A stretch of DNA of 59,678 bases, filler included, from Sphacelaria rigidula (taxonomy: Eukaryota), in NCBI GenBank assembly GCA_964200075.2. It is 6 parts of 6 records of this genome, joined end to end, with 100 filler letters (N's around TTAATTAATTAA, not from the genome) between each part and the next. Parts side by side here need not be neighbours in the genome. Positions count along the whole stretch, not along the records: positions 49,817 to 59,678 come from CAXNAA020007606.1; 5 more parts are not named here. The stretch is one strand, 5' to 3'. Each line of letters begins with the position of its first letter. Within the stretch, counting starts at the first letter, position 1. Of this stretch, positions 51,664-59,678 are shown piece by piece. The notes below the pieces were generated by a model, which was not told the origin of the DNA, did not search any database, and saw only the letters and a list, made by a program, of their open reading frames with translations. The position numbers and the translations under genes were made by a program.

Positions 51664-54600
51664 TCACAATTGAAGCGAAACGGTGTTTCGTTGCTTTGTT
51701 GCCAAGTCAGCGAGCTGTTTCTTGCTGGGCTGGTGATGGAGCCTGATCTGATTCCGCTTCATGAGCTCCCTCACGAAGAAGTAGCGGAGTGCTATGTGCT
51801 TGGTACGAGAGCTGAACATAGCATTCCCTGCCACAGTCAAAGCTCCCCCATGAGCTGAACATAGCATTCCCAGGTTCCCCCATGAAGTTCGAGAGGTTCG
51901 CACCACTTCCCTGGCACCAAAGCTAAGCGCTTGAAGCTCAGCTTCGACTGTGCTCTGCGCGGTGAGAGACTGAGTCTTGGACCCGAAGCTGATGAGTCCC
52001 CCTCCCAGAAAGAAGAGGTATCCTATAGTGGATTTCCCGTTGTCTGGGTTTGCTCCAAAGGATGAGTCGGTGAATGCCGTGAGTCGGAATAGTCCCTGCT
52101 TATAGACGATGGGGAGATCCGGGGCGCCGCGAAGGTATTGTAGCACACGCTTGGCTGCAGTCAGGTGCACCTGTGCTGGGTTGTTGCATGCTCTCGACAG
52201 TTCGTGAGCTGCATAACACAGGTCGTATCTTGTGCATTGAGCAAGGTAGAGCAGGCTCCCCGTGATGGACTGGTACAATTTCTTGTCTGAGGCTCCAAGA
52301 AGCTGATCTTACGGTTGATCCGTGGGGAACTCTCCTCCGTATCCTGGCGTGCTAACCGGATTGGCCTTTTGCATTTCAAATCGTTCCAGAATTGTGGCGA
52401 CGTAGTGCTCTTGCAAGATAGCCACCGTCCCGCGTTCGTAGTCCCTCTGGACCTCGATGCCGAGAATGCACTTGACTTCTCCTATGCCGGTCATCTCGAA
52501 CCGATCCGTGAGTTCCTTCTTTATGACCACGTCCTGATCCTTTCCAGTGATGAGGATGTCGTCGACGTATACGGTGAGGATTACCAGAGTGTCGCCGCTT
52601 CCGTAGACATATACGCAGAGGTCTGACTGCGTACGTTTCCACTCGAACACGACGAGTGCTTCGTCCAGAGTGTCCTTCCACAAAGGTGGGGACTGTGACG
52701 ATCCGTAGAGGCTGCGCTCTACCTCATAAACTACTGGCTCGCCTGTCACGGGGTCCTTGAGCCTGTCGCCTGGGGCGGGTTTGACGTACACATCTCTGTC
52801 GCAGTGAGCGTTCAGGAATGCCACCACCACGTCCATTTGATAAGCTGGTCATCCTTTGTCGCAGGCTATGGCCAGCACCATATGAATGCTCCCAAGACGA
52901 CATACAGGCGCGTAACTCCTCCCGTAGTCGTGTTCTGCTTCTTGTGAGTGTCCACCGACGACCAAGCGTGCTTTGAAGCGACCATCCACCTTTTGCTTGA
53001 AGACGAAGTTTGTGGGAAGGATTTTTTCTCCCTTGAGCACGCTACTAAGTGGAACGCGGTTGTAGACGTGGTGTTTCTGTAGGCTGTCCATTTCTTTCCC
53101 GCATGCGCCTTTCCATTCCTTGTGCTGAGGAGACTCCATGGCTTCCGCGTAGGTGCTGGGAATCTTGATCGTTTGTTTTGTCTCCTCCAAACGTCCTTTC
53201 AGAGTACTGAATTCAGAAAAGGGTCTTCATCAAAATGGGTGAAATCCTCGACGTCACCAGGGCACGGGCGGTGTGCATGTTCGGCAATCTTCGCCAACTG
53301 GGCAGAAGTGAGGCCGGTGGGATCGATCCAGCTGACGGCCAAGTGGGAGCGGCAACTGTCCTTCATGTTCACTTCCAGAGAGCTTGGAACAAGATCAAGA
53401 TCGACAGGATCGTCGTGAATCGGATTCCTGCGTGTGGCAGCGCGAGTCACCTCAAAGCGTCGCATGCCCGACGGGGCAGCCGATGGTCCCGGCGATCCTC
53501 CAGCTGTTGTAGCGTTTCCGGTGTTGTTCGGCGTGGTTGATGATCCCGGCGTGGCTGATCCATGTTCCGAGATGGAGAATCCGAAGGACTCTGGCCACTA
53601 TCGGAGGCGAGATGATCATCATATCCAGCATCGCTTGCTGCATCAAAGCGCAGCTTTTCCCGAGCGATGTTGTCTCGTTGCATGCCCCTGATTTCCTGTC
53701 GAAGAAGCTCGTTCTGCGTCTGGAAGTTCAACTCGTCAACGTGCGATCCACTGAAGTCATCAGTCGATCCGTCGTTTCCAAGCAAGGAAGTGAAGCTCAG
53801 GACATCACTTTCGTAGCCATGGTTATCATCGGAGAATTAGTAGGGGACGGTCCGAGCCGGTGTGTCGATGAAAGTCACATTTCGGCTCTCGACCACAGTT
53901 CCGTTGGATGGGTTGTAGACGCGGTAAGTCTTGCTGTCCAGTCCGAATCCACAGAGTTTGCCCTCGAAAGCCCTGTCTTCCAGCTTCTTCTTGAACCGCT
54001 CGTGATGGGCAAATGCGCGGGCTCCCATAATGCGAAGTCGTGAGAGGTCGGGCGTCTTGTTATACATCCTCGAGTACGGCGAAGCTCCTCCTGACGCCGA
54101 GTGCGGCGATCTTTTGGCCAGAAATGCCGCAGTGAGCATCAGTTCGCCCCGCATGAACGGCGGAAAGTCTCCATCTCGTAAGAGACACCTCGTGATCCCT
54201 GCCAGGGTCTGGCCGTCTCTCTCTGACACACCGATTGTTGAGGGATATTGGTGGCGGCGTACTCGATCTTGATTCCAGAGTCCTTGCAGTAGGTGCGGAA
54301 CTCCTCCCCGGTATTCTCTCCTCCTTTGTCGCATCGAATAATTATAATGCGGTAGTCCCCGGCAGCCGCCACTTGCATGTTGTGGGCGTGAAGGGCTTCC
54401 GTTGTCTCGGTCTTGTGGCGGAGCAGGAATACTTCCTTCATTCTTGAGTAACCATCGGTGAACTTGCACACATAGGAGAATGTGTCTCCTTTCGACCTCG
54501 CAGGTGGCTGGATCGATCCCATGTTGTCGATGTATATCGGTTGTCCTGGTCGAGACAGCTCGCGAGTGGTCTTCCTCGGGTGAGAAGCTTGCTTGTGCTT

Positions 54601-56768
54601 GGGGTTCTCGCATACGTCGCAGGGTGATGGTTTGTTCTGGTATTCGACGCCAGTGCCTTTTTGCCCGCGCAAGATGTCCATGCTGCGCTGATTGAGGTGT
54701 CCAAGTCTCCGGTGCCAAATGTCTACGCTTACCGCGAGAGAACACACCGCACTGGGTTTGTTGACCAGCGTTGTGGTCTCGGGTCTTCCGAAGGCGCTCG
54801 GTCCGGCCTCCTTCCTCGGTGGCTTGGAGACGGATGTCGCAGTTGTGATGTTTTCCTCGAAGCCGACGTCCGGTGTGCACATCCCTTGGTCTCGCGGATC
54901 CTGTTTGAGAGGTACGACTGCGCCATGCATTGTGAGGTGTGGAGTGTCCTCTTCGACGACGAATCTAAGTCCCTTCTTCAGAAGCGATGTGGGCGAGAAG
55001 GTGTTGCGTCCCAGACGTGGAACGATGAGGCCCTGTATTCGCACTGGCAGTTGATGCCGATTGTCGTCCTTGATCGTGCAGCGTAGGATCCCTGTCGCCG
55101 TTCCTTTCAGTTGACCCTGATCCGCTACTTCGATAATCTTCGGGGTGGAGCGCTCCTTGTAATCGCGGATGTGTCTCCTCGAGATGAGTCTGTCATCGAA
55201 CATGGTCTCTGATGCGCCCGAGTCTACCAGAAATGGCGTTCTTGTGGCGCTCGCTGTGAAGTTCCATCCTCTATTCGGAGAGCACGTAGTGAACATGAAG
55301 CCGCTGTCGAAGTCGTCCTCTTCGCGGGTGAAGTCGATAGCTGCCTTCTCCTTGTTCATTTCTTCGCTTGTCGAAAATGATGCGCAGTGAGCTCAGTGCG
55401 AGCATGCTGAGAATGCCTCGCTTGCTTCCTTCGTCTCTTTGGGTCGCTTTGCTCCTTGCTTGTAGCATTCTTCGTCCGAGTGAGGCGTGGTGTTGTGGAT
55501 GGTGCACCATATTGTCGCTCCAGCGGGCTTCGTTCTCTTCTTCCCTTGGGCTCGAACCTCGGGCAGTTCCTCCTGATGTGCCCGGTTTCGTTGCAGTCGT
55601 GACAGACCACCTCAGACACCGCAGTAGTCATTGCAAACCCTCGACCGGTAGTTCGCCCGTACGAGCCTTTGCGTGATTGCGCGTCCATAAAAATGTTGCG
55701 CAATGCCGATTGCATTTGTAGCACGTCGAACGTGGGGTCGCGAAACACCATCATCTTGACGTCGTTGTTCTCGTCGGAGAAGCCTTGCATGCAGATGTCC
55801 TTGAATCGACGATCGGAGACAGTTTCCCCATTTTCTCGATCTGTGCGCGAAGAAGATGTTTCTGGTTGAAGTAGTCGTCCGGGTTCTCACCAGCGTTCAT
55901 AGGGGAGTTCTCCAGCTCCGACATCTTTGCTCGAATCACCTCATCAGTCACTCTGTCGTAGTTACTGCAGAGCTCTGTGAAGGTTGCCTGTCCGTCGCCG
56001 CTGATCCCGCTGTCATCTTCATGCTTGTGTACCGATAAGGCGGTCGGTAGTTCGATGAGTAGAAACAGGATGGCGTAGAGATGTTCGTTCGACCTTGTGT
56101 GTGCCTCAACAGCTTTGGTGTCACTTGGATCTGGCTTCCTTTCGTCCTTGAGGAGTGGCAAGATGTCCCTCCGTGTTACTCCCAAGACAACGCACAGCTT
56201 CTTCATCCAGTTCTTGAATTCAGCCAGATCCTTTCCATCGAACTTCTTGAGCCCTCTGATGACGTTGCTCAGGTTGGTGGAGCTATCGGCTCCGACAGCT
56301 ATGCCGCCTCCGAAATATCTTGAAGCCTCAGTTATTGTTCGCTTCCGGCGAAGACTTTGCAATCTTCGTCTCCTGCTTTGCTGTGTAGATCTAACTCCTG
56401 CCGCAGGAGTGTGATTGCTCGCGGTAAAGTATGTACCCGAGGCTTCTCGACCCCATTCCTGCTAGTGATGTAGAGGACTCCGGTTGTAGGTCGTCTTCCC
56501 GATCCCGCTCCTGCTAGTGATGTAGAGGACTCCGGTTGTTGATCGTCTTTTCCCGATCCCGCTCCTGCTAACGATGTAGAGGGCCCCGGTTGTTGATCGT
56601 CTTTTCCTGATCCCGCTCCTGCCAACGATGTAGAGGACTCCGGTTGTTGGTCGTCTTTTCCTGATCCCGCTCCTGCTAACGATGTAGAGGACTCCGGTTA
56701 TTGATCGTCTTCTCCCGATCCCGCTCCTGCTAACGATGTAGAGGGCACCGGTTGTTGATCGTCTTTTC
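51664..56768 (-). pseudogene. Copia gag-pol, disrupted by multiple frameshifts and stops
   Basis: Gag zinc knuckle CHDCNETGHIRRNC; protease FLVDSGASETM; integrase WHRRLGH...CDVC and IRCDKGGE; RT FKARLVVGG and LTVYVDDILI; RNase H AFTDSSFG...STVEAEL. Fragments lie in different frames. Confidence 0.95.
56458..56768 (-). repeat. 54-bp tandem repeat (~6 units) upstream of the gag core
   Basis: Unit encodes SLAGAGSGKDDQQPESST on the minus strand; one unit is 52 bp. Confidence 0.95.
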
Positions 56769-57130
56769 CACTGCTGTGTAGATACACCAGTAGTAGTGTT
56801 TCCTTCTGCTGCAGAAGAGCTTGCTCGAAGTGTAAAAAACTCGAGGCTTTCCCACGCGACACAAACTTGCTGATGGGTCACCGTAGATGCACCCAGGACT
56901 ACCGCAGTAGTGATGGTGTGTGTATATCAGAGGTGGATTCCCAGCACCCTGGTGTAGATGACCAAATTTGCGCGGTTACTTTTGTTGCTGTTGACCGCTG
57001 ACGGCGCCGCAGTCTCCAAATATCTTCGAGACCAAATGTTTGTCGTGTCCACAGATCAATGTTGATATGCAGCAAGAAGGCTTGTCTTGACCTCCCCGTG
57101 ATGTCCGCAGCTCGTGGTGTACGCGTTTAA

Positions 57131-57145
57131 GCGAGGCTCATAACC
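57131..57145 (-). promoter_or_regulatory. Primer binding site complementary to the anticodon arm of initiator tRNA-Met (half-tRNA priming type)
   Basis: The minus strand reads LTR-CA|GGTTATGAGCCTCGC, resembling the Ty5/Drosophila copia site GGTTATG(A/G)GCC rather than TGG-. Confidence 0.85.
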
Positions 57146-57875
57146 TGAGAGTGTAAAGCGTCCTGGAGCTGTAGCGGTGCTGTGCTGTGCTACGTGTGCT
57201 TTGTAGACTGAGTAGCCTACCGCGGAGGATTACACTCGGGCCACGGTTTGATCCGTCAGAGAGTTTGACTGAAGAAATAAAGATGTTTATTATTGACTGA
57301 TTCCCGAAGTCAAGGTTTCGCTCATGGTGATGAAGAAGAAAAGTAGTAGAGGAGATTGATCAGGTGGGCGAGCACCAAGTGTGCAAGCCTAGCGATCGAT
57401 CAGCTAATGAACTTCCAGAACTTCCACAGGTCTAGAACACTCGCGAGATATTACAACCGATCACTCGCGATTAATCCCCCGACAACTTGTTCTAGAAACA
57501 TAACGTACCACAAAACATACCGCAGACTATATCTGGAACACTCAAATGATTTTTTACTTTTTTAATATAATGTATGATAGATAGTAGTCGTTACCAATAG
57601 CTGACATTGAATATTCCAACACTTCCCCATATACACAGAATTCAGAATCATCTAGATCTACGAAGAACGTTCTGGAAGTGTTTTCAGCAGAACTCAGCAT
57701 ACTTACAGCAAGTTCTACGGAGATACAGCAACCCGTCTACTAGTCAAATCCTTCTCTTGGTTACACCTGTACTGCTACTGCTGTTACTGCCCAGACTGAC
57801 ACTAGTTGCTGCAATCGTCAACAAAGGTAAATCTGTGTCTGGTTGCTTGCATTCATACATACCATTTCCCTGACA
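57146..57875 (-). repeat. 5' LTR (730 bp)
   Basis: Direct repeat of 50626-51351, with an extra GATC. Confidence 0.97.
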
Positions 57876-58391
57876 ATGTACAGAGCAATATACTGCAGAT
57901 CTAGCCCGTCATATGCCCCACGTATGGCTAAACAAAGTGGATGACTGTATCTTTGGGTGCATGGGAGTGTTATATATCGTCAGCTATTGAGTATTCATCA
58001 CGACACGCGCTCTTGCAGCATGCTCACGTGCTCACCGCTGCAGTCAGTTGATCGTGCAAGGGAAGCGGGCAAAGTACAGTACAGACAGCGCAGGACTATA
58101 TGCATGTTTTCTGCTTAAAGTGCGACGTGAAAAAGACTTGAATAGTGTGCGCAGCTTTGTCTGCCTGCGCACTGTCAATGGGTATATGTATGCAGTAAAC
58201 CGCCGGTTATTGCCCGCACCCTGTCCGCGCATGGTTCCGGCACCGCGCGACTCCGCGATCATGGAAGAAGATGCTCAAATTTAAAGTTCCACTAACAAGA
58301 CACACATCATACCCAGCTACTGCAGTGTGTATCTATATCCCTGCACTCAACTCGTGCTCTTTGCTGCAGTGATATTGTGGTGGTATTCTAT

Positions 58392-58603
58392 TGTAATGCG
58401 TGAGAAGACCGCTTGCTTAGAGGACCGCGCCGTGGTTCAAAATACCTCAGGATCGACGTTTTTCAAACCAATCGGGTCAGTCCCTGGAGGTACCACGCCC
58501 CTGACCCTAACCCCAACACTAACCCTAACCCTAACCCTAACCGTGGGGGTGTTCACACATTCCGATGCGGTCCTCTAAGCACGCGGTCCTCTCACGCATT
58601 ACA
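58392..58603. mobile_element. Telomere-repeat-bearing MITE, copy 4
   Basis: Same TIRs; internal CCCTAACCCCAACACTAACCCTAACCCTAACCCTAACC. On a different contig from copies 1-3. Confidence 0.92.
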
Positions 58604-59678
58604 ATATCTGGCGTAATGGTCCTAAAAGTGCCATGGAAGCAGTTAGGACACAAGTGCACCGGTGTGAATGTGCACGCTGGAGGACACTGCACGGCTATGC
58701 CCTCCGGAGTCGCAACGAATGCCTTAGAGGCCATAGGCGGTCCCTCCTCCAGAGGAATGATGCTCATATTTCCCTCTGCTGTTCTTATTACCCTTTAAGG
58801 GACGTTCACGAAAAATCGCGTGCTCGAGAGCACCACAGTTTTGGTACTCTGGAGGGATTCAGACCTCAGAAGTCACTGAAGCATCAGATGCCCTCCAGAG
58901 GATTCGTTTCATGACCGGAACCGAGTATAAAATACCCTCTCGAGGGTGTTTTCATCCTCGGGAGGGTCACTTTATCCTTGAGAGGATAAAATCGCGATAG
59001 AGGATTTCAAGAGAGCAGCCGAGTGGCCGCGTGTGTGATGTGTCCTTACAGGGGCAGATCAAGTCAGTACGAATGAGGGAATCGACGTAACGGGTCCACA
59101 TCGGTGTTTCCGGAAGGGTTCGTGGACTTACTAACTTGATGTACGTACGACCAAATTTCTGATGAGAAATGCCAAGTAGGGAATCGACTGGTGAACACGT
59201 CGGAGGTTGTCACTCGGTTGTTCTCGTAGAAGTCTAAGTGTCAGGGGCTGGCTACCGATGACGATTTTTTTCGCTTAGTGCCCACCGCACCTTCACCCGG
59301 CCTGCCACCTAGTTAACGAGGTGTTGGCGAGGTAAATGTAAAAAAATAAATAATAAACGATTGAAGGAGTGTCAGAAAAAAAGGGCAGTTTGGGTTGGAC
59401 AACACAGCCGAAAGAGCGCCTGGCATAAAGTGGCTGTTTTTAGCAGTGCCGTACAGATGCCGAAGCTTGAATCATGCCATGAAAAAAAATACTCTATTCG
59501 CGAGGCACAGCGAACAGCAACGCCGATCCGCCGAGTCCTGTTTTGAGCACTCGAGAAGGTTTTGTAAACTTTGGAAAACAGCAACCAGCACGATTCACAG
59601 CTGCATGTAGGCAATATCTCGACACCCGTTTCCATAGTGTAGAAGCTCAACTGACGGTACTTGTCGGCAGTAGTATCG

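Larger units (their letters stand above)
50626..57875 (-). mobile_element. Full-length, degenerate Ty1/Copia LTR retrotransposon
   Basis: Paired TG...CA LTRs. 5-bp TSD ATGTA (50621-50625, 57876-57880). Domain order gag-PR-INT-RT-RH on the minus strand. Primer binding site next to the 5' LTR and a purine-rich GAGGGG next to the 3' LTR. Confidence 0.98.

Noticed and set aside
58501..58545. CCCTAA run as a true chromosome end
   Set aside because: Short, internal and enclosed by TIRs of a dispersed element.

Overview
This is not one locus. It is six unrelated contigs (1-9864, 9965-19827, 19928-29790, 29891-39753, 39854-49716, 49817-59678; lengths 9864 to 9862 bp, i.e. size-sorted) joined by artificial N44-TTAATTAATTAA-N44 spacers. 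The DNA is eukaryotic, intron-rich and repeat-rich, most consistent with a brown alga or related stramenopile (inference from intron style, TTAGGG-like repeats and TE types). Four spliced genes could be built by hand: the 5' part of an RlmN/Cfr-family radical-SAM RNA methyltransferase with a long N-terminal extension; a divergently transcribed, putatively myristoylated EF-hand protein; a secreted Pro/Thr-rich protein with C2-like halves in apparently permuted order and one frameshift; and a membrane-anchored Rax2/kelch-like beta-propeller protein. Mobile DNA includes a full-length but degenerate Ty1/Copia element (ATGTA target-site duplication [TSD], half-tRNA-iMet-type primer binding site), a decayed RTE-like LINE, and many non-autonomous TIR elements assignable by TSD (hAT 8 bp, piggyBac TTAA, PIF/Harbinger TTA). 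An unassigned ~210-bp MITE family carrying telomere-like (CCCTAA)n tracts occurs four times. No CRISPR, rRNA, intact tRNA or prokaryotic system was seen. The best candidates for something undescribed are the telomere-bearing MITE family and the permuted C2/mucin protein; both need database confirmation.
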